Assembly: GCA_039630055.1 (NCBI GenBank)
Contig: JBCNVN010000018.1
Coordinates: 1-29,198, forward strand
From: Candidatus Caldarchaeales archaeon
GTDB taxonomy: Archaea > Thermoproteota > Nitrososphaeria_A > Caldarchaeales > Wolframiiraptoraceae
Direction: 5' to 3'
DNA length: 29,198 nt
Below are positions 8,640 through 18,098 of the stretch, piece after piece. The position numbers were made by a program, and so were the translations under genes. The notes below the pieces were generated by a model that worked only from the letters and a program-made list of their open reading frames with translations, did no database searches and was not told the DNA's origin. Positions within the stretch are counted from its first letter, which is position 1; every line of letters starts with the position of its first letter.

Positions 8640-8733
8640 CGGGCCCGGGGGGACTTGAACCCCCGACCTCCGGCTCTCCCCACTCTTAACCGTTCCGGAG
8701 GCCGGCGCCATATCCATGCTAGGCCACGGGCCC
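8640..8733 (-). tRNA. tRNA-Arg(CCG) with a 19-nt intron at position 37/38 (intron 8676-8694); CCA not encoded
   Basis: Reverse strand: acceptor GGGCCCG/CGGGCCC+G, D-arm GCCTAGCATGGATATGGC, anticodon stem CCGGC/GCCGG with loop CTCCGG|A, T-arm GGGGG-TTCAAGT-CCCCC. Intron AACGGTTAAGAGTGGGGAG forms a BHB (CTCC:GGGG central helix, two 3-nt bulges). Confidence 0.95.
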
Positions 8734-9084
8734 ATCATCAATATTTTCTATACCTATTATTTATTAATACATACCTCTTCTCTAGTGGGTAACCAATAAT
8801 TTTAGGATAGATTTTGTAACCAAAATTCTTTTGGATTTTTTATGAATCGGCTATCGTTGAAGATCTTTATAAAAGGTATATCATGATTGTGTAGGGTTCT
8901 CTGAATTTTTATAGATATCGATCTAGAAAATAACTCTATGCTATCCATGTATTTTCTAAGGTTAGATTCAATAATCAAATCTTTATGAAATCCTAGCTAG
9001 ATCTCCATCTTCTAAGGAAAACCTATACCATGCTATCCTATTTTGGGCTCGTAATCCAAATTTTTCTAGAAGAATTTTATCATT

Positions 9085-9759
9085 CTATCTCAGCTCAAGT
9101 ATTTTGGGGCTCTCCACTTTTACAGAGATTATGTATGCGGCCAAGTCGAAGAACCTCTTACATTTCATGAGGATCACGGAATCGCTTGTGCAGACTACTG
9201 CATCACTCTTAGAGAGTATGGAGTCAACTGTCTTAGTGGTCTCAACCCTACCATTTAGTTCTTTTAATCTCATAATTTCTCGGGTCTGCCTAGCTATCTC
9301 TCCGCTTCTGCTTATCTGAGATTCATAGAGTATACAGGCTTCAGATACTTTAGATTCTTCTAAAGCCTCTATCATTAATGAGATTGAGACCAAGGTCTGC
9401 TGGGTCAATCTATATCTTCCATAAACTTGTGAAAAATCTCGTATAACTCCATCATCGCATAGTATCAATTCTTCACCTCTCAGAGCAGCTTCAACAGTAT
9501 TCAATACATTGAACCCATCTATTAAGACTCTCTGATCTTTCAACATCATAACATCCCATCTCTTCTTTTTTACACTTTCAACCTCATCCTTAGAATAGAT
9601 GGCCCTGTAAAGGATTAACCTCTCATCTTTATCAAGTATATATCTATCTCCGATAAGTTTTATTGCAGATCGCTTATTGTATCCTCTATCTAGCAAGTAT
9701 CTTAAATCGTCTGAAGCTTTTATCAAGACTTCAAGCCTAGAAGAGATCTTACTCAACAT
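9085..9759 (-). CDS. DUF434 domain protein (PIN/NYN-like acidic motifs)
   Basis: DLRYLLDRGY....AIKLIGDRY.L, IDGFNVL.T.E.AL, CDDG.IRD, SRSGE, VD..L, TSDSVI. Overlaps the 3' end of leuS. Confidence 0.85.
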   Translation of the reverse strand: MLSKISSRLEVLIKASDDLRYLLDRGYNKRSAIKLIGDRYILDKDERLILYRAIYSKDEVESVKKKRWDVMMLKDQRVLIDGFNVLNTVEAALRGEELILCDDGVIRDFSQVYGRYRLTQQTLVSISLMIEALEESKVSEACILYESQISRSGEIARQTREIMRLKELNGRVETTKTVDSILSKSDAVVCTSDSVILMKCKRFFDLAAYIISVKVESPKILELR

Positions 9760-12649
9760 ATATTCCTGGTCTAAGGGGTAGGGCTAGCTCAGACTTATTC
9801 ATCGGGTCATAAAGTTCTTTTAATCCTTCTCTATAGACCTCAACCACCATTGATAGCTCACTGGACAAGAAGGGGATAGCCTCTCTATACACTTCTTCCT
9901 CTCTCTCTGCAACCTCTAATATCGTTTTAATCTTATAGTTAGATAAGAGGGATGAGGACGTATCTAAAAGTGTTTTAGCTATCGTTGGAGCCTGCTTCTC
10001 CCTCCTAGGTATCTTTGTAATGATCTTCTTTATGATCCTGCCTAGATCTTTTTGCTCACCCTCTCTAACCATATTTAATACTTCTTCCAATAGTTCCCGC
10101 TTATCTTCTGATGCAACATATATTATAACCCTGTTAGGCTTCTTCCCCAATACTTCGACAATACTTCTAACGTCTCCCAACAATCTTATTATCAGTTCTT
10201 CTGAGAGTTCTGCTTCAGGACTTAGAAGTTCTCCCACGATTATGGGCCACGATTCGGTAGAGACGAATGTTTCTTTTCCAAGAATACTCCATGCCTCCTC
10301 ACATGTGAATGGTGCAAATGGTGCTAAGAGTTTTATCCAGTTCTCTATAAAGACTCTTCCACTCTTACTTATCGCTCCCCCATTTCTCCTTAGATACCAT
10401 CTCCAATCAGAGTACATACCGTAAAGGGCTTCATGGCAAGCTTTCCTAGTCTTTAGAGAATCCATGTAAGAGGTTACATTCCTTATCCTCCCTTGGAGTC
10501 TAGACAGAAGCCATTCATCCGTAGGTGTCCGTTCTACCAAAGAAGTTTCGGAGACTTCTCTAACTATTCTCAAAAACTGTTCAAGCATCAACTTTACTTC
10601 TTGAGCATTCTTCTCTCTCCAGTCTGGATCATCCATATCCTCTGCAGCCAACAATAGTGTGCATCTGGTTACATCTGCTCCATATTTCGCTATTGATGTT
10701 TTTAGAGGAATGAATTTTCCTCTACTCTTACTCATCTTCTCTCCTTCTATAGTTATCATACCATTCACAGAGATTCCTCTAGGCCAATGCTCTTTCTCAA
10801 AGATGGCTACATGCTGAAAGATGTAGAAGGTAAGATGGTTTGGAACAAGTTCTTTAGCAGAGATACGCATATCCACAGGATACCAGTATAGGAACTCATC
10901 TCTCATGACCTTCAGTAAGTTCTTGTCAATCTTGACTTTGCTAGCGATCTTTTTACTATCTCCTTTACCGAGAAGAATGTAATCGAGTACCTCTACTGTA
11001 AGCTGTTCACTTTTAACTCTTCCATCATTCAAGTACTTACTTATAGTATATAGTGCTGGGTATATAGTTGAATCACTTAAGGTCTCTACTATCCAGTCTG
11101 GATCCCACGGTAGCTTAGTCCCAAGACCGGTCTTACGTGCGCATGCCCAATCTCTAAGCCAATCTACTATGTTTAAGAACCATTGTCTAGCTTCTTCAGG
11201 GTATATCTTCATAGCGTATATATGTTCTCTAACCTTCTCTTTCCATTTATTATCTGAGTATTTTAAGAACCATTGGTCTTCAACTATCTTCACTACACAT
11301 TCTGTACCACATCTACACTGGACCATGTATGGAAGCTCCCAAATAACATCTCCTAAACCATTTTTCAGTAGCTCTTTCTTAACCCTATCCCTAGCTTCAT
11401 TTACGGGAAGATTTGAGAAATCTCCACAATTATCCTTCATCACACCACTGTAAAATTCCTTACTGTATATCTCTTTAGTAGCCTCTTCAAGCCTATGATC
11501 TTTATCATCTCTTATCCCCATTCTTTCCACGATCTCTACCGCTGGAAAATCACCATAATCTGAAACTTTGATAATCGAGATAGGCTTAACTTCTTCAACA
11601 ATCTTTCCAATACCATATTCATCTTTTTCGAGAAGCTTCTTCTTTAAAGTTATCAGACCTGCATAATCATATGGTGCATGTCCTGGAACACTGTAGACTA
11701 CCCCTGAACCAAAATAGGGATCAACGAAGTCTGCAGGTAATATTGGTATCCTAGTTTTTACGATAGGAACCTCCACGAACTTGCCGATCAGAATCTTAGG
11801 ATCTATCTCATCCAAGATCTTTACATTCTTCTGATCTGATAGCTTCTCTGCTGCTTTCTTAGAGATTAACAATTTCTTTCCATCCAATTCTACAGTTAGA
11901 TATTGATGCTGTGGATTGATCCAGACATTTGTCGCACCGAAGATTGTTTCAGGTCTAAGGGTTGCAGCGGCCAGATATATATCATCAAACTTGAAGAATA
12001 CTAGTGTGTACTCTTCTGGTGAGACTCCTTCTCCTATTAATCTATCATGGTCTCCAGTTGGACTGGTACATCTAGGACACCACACGACCGGATGCTTCCC
12101 CATGGTCACATAGCCCTTCTCCCTCAAGGTCAGATACTGCCATGTGATGAATCTACTATAGTATGGATGGAGGTCTGTAGTGTAGAACTCACGTCTAAAA
12201 TCTACGGAGTATCCCATAGCCTTAACAACCTTTCTATTCTCCTCAGTATAGTATCTGCTTATATACGCTGGGTCGATAAATCTATCAACTATCTCATTTG
12301 GGACTCCATCTATCTCGATCAAAACTTTTCTTATAAATTGGTCGCCTAGCTTCAACCTCTCACTTGTTCCAGCCACCGCTTCTCCGGTCCAGTGCCAAGC
12401 CCATGGAAAGAGAACATTGTATCCTTGCATCCTCTTGAATCTAGCATATGCATCTCCCCTAGTAAAGGTGAATCCATGACCTATGTGGAGAGGGCCATTC
12501 TGATAAGAGTATGGAACACATATGAAGAACTTGGGCTTGGAGGGATCAGGATCAGCTTCAAAGATCTTCGCCTCATCCCATTTAAGACTCCATTTTCTCT
12601 CATAAGATATAGATGATTCGATCATCTGCCTCTCTTTATCAGGTAACAT
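9749..12649 (-). CDS. leuS: Leucyl-tRNA synthetase (archaeal type)
   Basis: PY.NGPLHIGH, WHWTG, DHDR..GEG, CP1 editing domain ATLRPET and GSGVVYSVPGHAPYD, ETLSDSTIY, NHLTF, KMSKSRG, C-terminal ALPLRPGIYVE. Confidence 0.97.
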   Translation of the reverse strand: MLPDKERQMIESSISYERKWSLKWDEAKIFEADPDPSKPKFFICVPYSYQNGPLHIGHGFTFTRGDAYARFKRMQGYNVLFPWAWHWTGEAVAGTSERLKLGDQFIRKVLIEIDGVPNEIVDRFIDPAYISRYYTEENRKVVKAMGYSVDFRREFYTTDLHPYYSRFITWQYLTLREKGYVTMGKHPVVWCPRCTSPTGDHDRLIGEGVSPEEYTLVFFKFDDIYLAAATLRPETIFGATNVWINPQHQYLTVELDGKKLLISKKAAEKLSDQKNVKILDEIDPKILIGKFVEVPIVKTRIPILPADFVDPYFGSGVVYSVPGHAPYDYAGLITLKKKLLEKDEYGIGKIVEEVKPISIIKVSDYGDFPAVEIVERMGIRDDKDHRLEEATKEIYSKEFYSGVMKDNCGDFSNLPVNEARDRVKKELLKNGLGDVIWELPYMVQCRCGTECVVKIVEDQWFLKYSDNKWKEKVREHIYAMKIYPEEARQWFLNIVDWLRDWACARKTGLGTKLPWDPDWIVETLSDSTIYPALYTISKYLNDGRVKSEQLTVEVLDYILLGKGDSKKIASKVKIDKNLLKVMRDEFLYWYPVDMRISAKELVPNHLTFYIFQHVAIFEKEHWPRGISVNGMITIEGEKMSKSRGKFIPLKTSIAKYGADVTRCTLLLAAEDMDDPDWREKNAQEVKLMLEQFLRIVREVSETSLVERTPTDEWLLSRLQGRIRNVTSYMDSLKTRKACHEALYGMYSDWRWYLRRNGGAISKSGRVFIENWIKLLAPFAPFTCEEAWSILGKETFVSTESWPIIVGELLSPEAELSEELIIRLLGDVRSIVEVLGKKPNRVIIYVASEDKRELLEEVLNMVREGEQKDLGRIIKKIITKIPRREKQAPTIAKTLLDTSSSLLSNYKIKTILEVAEREEEVYREAIPFLSSELSMVVEVYREGLKELYDPMNKSELALPLRPGIYVE

Positions 12650-12987
12650 TCCGACTTACATCAAGAGGGCTTCCAATATTTAAAGCGTTAACAGAGACAC
12701 TCAAGAGTTCAAGATCAATCATATACTAGCCTAGCTATTCTACAAAGAACCTCTATAGATCGATCGTTTTAAGCTTAAAAGTCATCAATATTTAGTTTAT
12801 TACCACTTCGAGGTATACGGATGCATCATCATAAATTTGGTGTGAAATTCCAACCCATCCATCTTCCAAAATTTCTTCATCTCAAAGATCTGATCAATCA
12901 TTATTAAATAAATAATATAGTTTTGAACGATTAGACTAAGATGTTCTAAATACTAGACTTATATTAGATAGAAATCTATTATTTTGC

Positions 12988-14295
12988 ATGAGACCTGCTA
13001 CCCGTATCGTGGCAATCTTATTGATCATACTCTTTATCGGCTTATCCTCCACATTCATACTACTCTCGAGATTCCAGCATATGACTACTACACCCAATAT
13101 CCCATCTATGGTATCGTCCACAAATTCTAAAGATCAATCTACCACTGGTATAGCAGACCAGATGATAAATAATCAGATTAGCCTATTGAATGGTTTCACG
13201 TTCGAGATGTTCAAGAAACTTTTTGATCCCTCTGAAGACAAGAATAAGGTACTCTCACCCTTTAATGTCTATACTGCGCTTCTCCTAGCTTACGAGGGTT
13301 CTAATGGGTCAACAAGGAGAGAGATTGGGAGAGTTTTAGGGATTGATAGCGAATCAGATCATTGCCAACGCATCCGTTACCTTCTAGAGTTGTTGAAATC
13401 AAGTTCGGGAGAATCGGATTTAGAGGTTGCTTTTTCTACATGGCTTCAGAAGGATTTTCCATTTAGAGATGAGTATATCAATAGAGTTACTGAATGCTAC
13501 AATGCAGAGGTTATGAGTGTAGACTTCTCAAGGGAATGGTCTAAGACCGTCAAGCTAATCAACATGTGGGTGGAAGAAAAGACTAGGAATTTTATTAGAG
13601 AGTTAGTGCCTGAAGATTATCCTGAATATTGGATGATTAGATCCATCTTAATTTCAACCCTATTCCTAAATGCTTCATGGCCTGAAAAGTTTATCATCCT
13701 CGAAGAGCCGGCTCCATTCTGGACTGGAACCGAATACGTGAATGTCACAATGATGTCTACAGAACTCTCTACTAAAGCTTATCTAAATGATGAGGTTATA
13801 GTAATCGAGATTCCATATAGTATGTCTAATCTTTCTTTCGTGATTATAATGCCTGAAGAACTGGGATCGTTTATTAGAGAATTGGATTGGAATGAGCTCT
13901 CCACAATCATCGAGAGGCTTAACAATTCAAAACCTAGACAGATGAGGATCACGATCCCTAAGTTTAAGATTGAAGGAGATCGGATAGAGCTTAAGCCTGT
14001 TCTGGTCTCAATGGGGATTCGGGAAATCTTCGAACCAGGTGTTAGCGATCTCACTAGAATGGCGCAGGTTAGAAAAGGTGAACTATATGTGGATGATGTC
14101 CTTCATAAAGCCTATATAGAGGTCAATGAGAACGGTACGATCGCTGCGGCAGCTACAGCAATAATAATCAAAATTATAGCATATATTCCTCCAGAATTAG
14201 AAGTAAGGATCGATAGACCATTCATATTCTACATCTTAGATAAATCATCCGGTCTAATATTATTTACAGGCTACGTAACGCAGCCAGAATATTGA
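12988..14295 (+). CDS. Serpin with N-terminal signal or membrane anchor
   Basis: Hydrophobic N-terminus then Thr/Ser-rich linker; N.VLSPF, IN.WVEEKT..I..L, IPKFKIE, hinge EVNENGTIAAAAT, C-terminal IDRPFIFYI......ILF.G.V..P. Confidence 0.95.
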   Translation: MRPATRIVAILLIILFIGLSSTFILLSRFQHMTTTPNIPSMVSSTNSKDQSTTGIADQMINNQISLLNGFTFEMFKKLFDPSEDKNKVLSPFNVYTALLLAYEGSNGSTRREIGRVLGIDSESDHCQRIRYLLELLKSSSGESDLEVAFSTWLQKDFPFRDEYINRVTECYNAEVMSVDFSREWSKTVKLINMWVEEKTRNFIRELVPEDYPEYWMIRSILISTLFLNASWPEKFIILEEPAPFWTGTEYVNVTMMSTELSTKAYLNDEVIVIEIPYSMSNLSFVIIMPEELGSFIRELDWNELSTIIERLNNSKPRQMRITIPKFKIEGDRIELKPVLVSMGIREIFEPGVSDLTRMAQVRKGELYVDDVLHKAYIEVNENGTIAAAATAIIIKIIAYIPPELEVRIDRPFIFYILDKSSGLILFTGYVTQPEY

Positions 14296-14448
14296 GATCC
14301 ACATCTAGACACTAATTTATCTTAACATGGACCTTGAAGTAGTTTGAGCCTTCACATGAAGGTTGTAGAATAATGAAAGAGAATACCGAGATCATATGAA
14401 GAAATATGATAATTGATTTTCTTTTTGGAATACTTGTAATGGTTATCG

Positions 14449-14961
14449 TTATTTTGGAGGCCACACTCTATCAAAATATATGTTTTTCGATGAGACGCTT
14501 AAAGGTATAGCAAATGCATAATCTGCATCGATCATCTTAAGTTCTTGGGCTGCTACACCGGCACTGAACATTATTCTATTGTCGATATTATGTATTGATG
14601 AGGTTTTTACAGCTGACCCGATAGCTATTCCTAGATTGACTATACTAAGGATCGTGTCTGCATCTATCCTCCATTGCGAGGGAGTTTTAAGATTCATATT
14701 GACAATCTTGCAACCTATTATTACCACTGCTAAACTTTTCCGAACATTCTGAGCATCTCTCTTAAAAAAGTCTCCATAAACCTCAGAGAGCTCTTCCAAC
14801 TTCTTCGCCAAGATTTCTAGTTCTTCTCCTCTATCCAAGATCTTTACTACTATGTTATCTACTCCTCTAGACTTTGGAGCAGTTATAGCGGAAACAGCCA
14901 TGAGCTTAGCAACATTTAAGACTGTTTCTCTAATTATCTCCTTACCTTCCATCATGTTCAC
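14449..14961 (-). CDS. DUF2148-family protein (COG4739-like)
   Basis: SA.TAPK.RG.D, FF.RDA.NV, LGIAIGSAVK, IDNRIM.SAG.AA, IPLS...KNIYFDR. Start may be the ATG at 14955 or 14952. Confidence 0.8.
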   Translation of the reverse strand: MNMMEGKEIIRETVLNVAKLMAVSAITAPKSRGVDNIVVKILDRGEELEILAKKLEELSEVYGDFFKRDAQNVRKSLAVVIIGCKIVNMNLKTPSQWRIDADTILSIVNLGIAIGSAVKTSSIHNIDNRIMFSAGVAAQELKMIDADYAFAIPLSVSSKNIYFDRVWPPK

Positions 14962-15163
14962 TTACCACTTTATCGTTTAGAAATTATCTTACATAATTTT
15001 AACTTATCGTCAGACTTGTATAAGATATCCATTCGAAATATTTCTCTCATATCTTTAATAGTAGAACATTATGCATAATATCTAACCGGTATTTCTATGA
15101 AAGCGTTATCTCTTTGATGTCGGAGATGGTATCTCTCATTTAATTGATTTAATATGTTTTGAT

Positions 15164-16438
15164 CTAAATTCTAATGTGTCTTTTAGATCTGTTGAGAATG
15201 ATGTTTACAACCATTGAAATAGCGAGCGCTGGGAGGCTTGCTCCAAGGTTTGGTATATTCCAAGCTATTGTAAAGTATGCAGCGACTCCAACTATCCATG
15301 CTGTTAAAGATTGAAGATTTATCTTCTCTTGGCTCTTATAGAATTCTTCTATCTTATATTCTCCTCGTCTCACTATCAAGTAATCGGAGATAAGTATTCC
15401 AAGTAGGGGGACGAACATTCCACCTATCATTAGTAGGAATCTTTCATACTCTAAGAGTGGAAGTGTAGATGCTAAGATTACTCCTAGAAGGGTTACTACT
15501 AGTATGAATTTCCACTGCCTAATCTTTGGAAAGATATTCTGAAGGCTTACTGCGGTTGAATATATATCGGCGAAAGCATTATCTGTTTCATCAACCAGTA
15601 TTAAGAGAAGTGCGAGACTACCTAGGAAGAGAATGCTTATAGAGGTGACGATGTCTGTGATCCCTGTAACTACTACTATTGCTGCACCAAGGAAGTAGAA
15701 CCAAGTATTCGCTAAGGTATATCCAGCTAACGTACCAATGAAGCCTCCTCTAGTCTTCTCTGCAAATCTATTGTAGTCAGAGATTAGAGGCCACCAAGAG
15801 ATCGGCATTGCTATTACCAAGTCGAGAGCATATAGGATTGGAAGAGAACCATCTCCGGGAGTGAAGAATCTCTCCATCCGAATTAAGACTTGCCATGTAA
15901 TCCATATAGTTGATCCATAAACGAGCCATATAGCTATCTTCTCCAGCCATTGTCTCACGACTATCAAAGGTCCTCCTAAAGCCAAAGTAGCACACCATAT
16001 AGCGAAGACTATTATCCAGAAGATTTTAGTGAATTCTCCTAAAAATTCTCCTGAGATTCTCGTAGCCGCCTGCCCCATTATCATAAGCTCAAATGCTGTC
16101 CATCCTACAAGCTGAACAACATTCATCATAGTAGGTATATATGATCCCCAGATCCCTAAGATTGGTCTAAGGCTGACCATGGTTGGAACACCATACTTAC
16201 TTCCAACCAAACCAGCAGATGCGAGAAGGATGCTACCTATGATTGACCCGATCAACGAGACCGCTAAGGCTTCAGCTAATCCAAGTCCTGGAACTAGAAG
16301 TGAGCCTGCCAAGAAGACTAGGAGGCCTACACCTAGACTGGACCAAAGGACAAATATGTCGATGCTCCGTAATTTCTTTACTTCTGCTGGAACTGGTTCA
16401 ATACCCCATTCAGGAGGCGGTTTTAGAAGAGGAGACAT
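15164..16438 (-). CDS. cytX: NCS1 purine-cytosine permease family, CytX-like (putative hydroxymethylpyrimidine transporter)
   Basis: About 12 hydrophobic segments; N.VQLVGWT.FE, AMPISW.PL.SDY.RF, DE.DNAFAD.YS, FLL.IG..FVPL.G. Start placed at the ATG 16438 because TTTATATA (16473-16466) lies about 28 nt upstream; the ORF track starts at 16456. Confidence 0.85.
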   Translation of the reverse strand: MSPLLKPPPEWGIEPVPAEVKKLRSIDIFVLWSSLGVGLLVFLAGSLLVPGLGLAEALAVSLIGSIIGSILLASAGLVGSKYGVPTMVSLRPILGIWGSYIPTMMNVVQLVGWTAFELMIMGQAATRISGEFLGEFTKIFWIIVFAIWCATLALGGPLIVVRQWLEKIAIWLVYGSTIWITWQVLIRMERFFTPGDGSLPILYALDLVIAMPISWWPLISDYNRFAEKTRGGFIGTLAGYTLANTWFYFLGAAIVVVTGITDIVTSISILFLGSLALLLILVDETDNAFADIYSTAVSLQNIFPKIRQWKFILVVTLLGVILASTLPLLEYERFLLMIGGMFVPLLGILISDYLIVRRGEYKIEEFYKSQEKINLQSLTAWIVGVAAYFTIAWNIPNLGASLPALAISMVVNIILNRSKRHIRI

Positions 16439-16465
16439 GTCTTTAGAGTTTAACATAAATCTTAA

Positions 16466-16473
16466 TATATAAA
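16466..16473 (-). promoter_or_regulatory. TATA box for the permease gene
   Basis: TTTATATA on the minus strand at archaeal promoter spacing from the ATG at 16438. Confidence 0.5.
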
Positions 16474-16489
16474 CATCTGTATAACCGGC

Positions 16490-16729
16490 TTATGATTTAA
16501 CATCTTTATTCATCTGCCCTTTTTCTTTAGATTCTTTAATTAATTCTTTCTTTGCAAGAGATGTTAGATATCCTGCAATCTTATTCCTCATCTTCTTTGA
16601 GATTCTCCCTCTTAAAACTTGTCCAACTAGAAGCTTATTAGACTCGAAGTCCGTTGCAGTTTTCTCACCTAGAGCCTCTAAGACTTCTCTCGCCAAGACT
16701 TTTACTTTCCTGATTCTAATCTTTCCCAT
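16490..16729 (-). CDS. rps17e: 30S ribosomal protein S17e
   Basis: MGKIR...VK..A, DFE.NK, SKK.RNKIAGY.T. Confidence 0.95.
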   Translation of the reverse strand: MGKIRIRKVKVLAREVLEALGEKTATDFESNKLLVGQVLRGRISKKMRNKIAGYLTSLAKKELIKESKEKGQMNKDVKS

Positions 16730-16948
16730 CCCTTAGCATTAAGATATCTAATGAGTGGAGAATAAAAATATTCTTTCATTGATAAAAAAGTTATCTATAG
16801 ATTTATCATTAAGAAAACTTTAATCAGCATGTTAAATTTTTCTGTTTATTCTATCATAGCCCGCCCCCTAGACGTGGTCTAACTTTTATAACCATAGTAA
16901 GCCTTTTAACTAAGAATGTATAAAGATTAATTAATGGGGATAAATTTA

Positions 16949-16977
16949 TATATAAAAATAGGGTTAATTTTTATATA
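16949..16977. promoter_or_regulatory. 11-bp inverted repeat containing TATA-like boxes upstream of the AbrB-like gene
   Basis: TATATAAAAAT-AGGGTTA-ATTTTTATATA. Confidence 0.5.
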
Positions 16978-16991
16978 CCAAGCTATCTCTA

Positions 16992-17216
16992 GTGAAACAG
17001 GTAAAGGTAATGTTGCAGGGAAGGAGTTTTCTCAGGAAGAAGATCCATGTTAGTGGTAATGAGTATTACTATATTCACATTCCTGCACGCCTTGCTCATG
17101 ATAGCCAATTCCCATTTAGAGATGGTGATGAGCTACTTATAGCTGTTGATGCATCTAGAAGAAGACTGATAGTTGAAAAGATGAATAATAAGAAGAGACA
17201 GAAGAGTAAGAAATAG
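16992..17216 (+). CDS. Small basic AbrB/MazE/SpoVT-like swapped-hairpin DNA-binding protein
   Basis: YYIHIPA.LA.DSQFPF..GDEL.I.VD....LIVEK pattern. Alternative ATG at 17010. Confidence 0.7.
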   Translation: MKQVKVMLQGRSFLRKKIHVSGNEYYYIHIPARLAHDSQFPFRDGDELLIAVDASRRRLIVEKMNNKKRQKSKK

Positions 17217-17458
17217 ATCCTTTAAAAAATATTCTGTTAGACATAGAGTATTATAGGATGGTCTGTATCTAAGTTCTTCATTTACCATTATCGATCCTAT
17301 ATCTCAACCCTATCATCTAAGTAATAATAAATCTTAGTGTTTCGATAAGCTCTAAGTCTGAAGAGTTTCTCGTAGCCTGTTCACGGAGTACTAGAAGCTC
17401 CACTTAGACTCAAGAAAACAGATAAATTTCATAAATCGGTAAGAATAATTATAAACGT

Positions 17459-17917
17459 GTGACAACAGACATAACGTTACTTTTCATCCTTTTGATACCG
17501 ATTGTATCAATATTTACTTCTATCATCATTATTGGAGGGTTGAGATCTAGAAAAAATCCAGGTCTAGAATGGTGTATGGAAAGATACGTAATCTCACATA
17601 AGTATGCTTTTCCATCTACCGCACCTTTTCTAGTCATAGCATACTATAATAGGTTAGAGAATAAGATTGTTATATCCATCTCATCACTAGCTATGATCGT
17701 ATGGAAAAAGATCTCAGAAGAGAGTATGCTGGATAGAGAAGCGTTGCGAGAAGCTTTTACTAGAGAATTTATAAAGCATATAGATCTAGCTCTTATACAC
17801 GAGCTTACAGAGTGGGGCGTACACCAACTTCATCCAAGATGGCTCTTGACACATGGATTATGGAACCAATACATCAGATCCGTTATCTTAACAGAGGGGA
17901 AAGTCGATGACTTATGA
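17459..17917 (+). CDS. Hypothetical protein with N-terminal transmembrane helix and HExxE motif
   Basis: 152-aa ORF filling the gap, hydrophobic residues about 6-26, LIHELTEW. Confidence 0.6.
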   Translation: MTTDITLLFILLIPIVSIFTSIIIIGGLRSRKNPGLEWCMERYVISHKYAFPSTAPFLVIAYYNRLENKIVISISSLAMIVWKKISEESMLDREALREAFTREFIKHIDLALIHELTEWGVHQLHPRWLLTHGLWNQYIRSVILTEGKVDDL

Positions 17918-18098
17918 ATAAATAATGTATAGCTGAATATTCTTAATTAGAGGGCAATTCATTTTCTCCCTAAACCAGAGAGAAGGATTAATATGAGGTT
18001 CAGGTTTCTATTCAGATAGTAACGATGATAGCAAAGGATAGAATAGAGTTTTGAATTAGAAAAATATTGATTAGTGAGAGAGCTTCCTATATTGTAGA

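Noticed and set aside
8640-9084. Integrated element or CRISPR at the tRNA
   Set aside because: No integrase, no duplicated tRNA end seen in the window, and no regularly spaced identical repeats.
9104-16472. Antisense or alternate-frame ORFs within DUF434, leuS, serpin and permease genes
   Set aside because: Shadow ORFs of strong genes.
16439-16489. TPP riboswitch upstream of the CytX-like permease
   Set aside because: Only about 50 bp of AT-rich spacer holding a TATA box; no TPP aptamer motifs.
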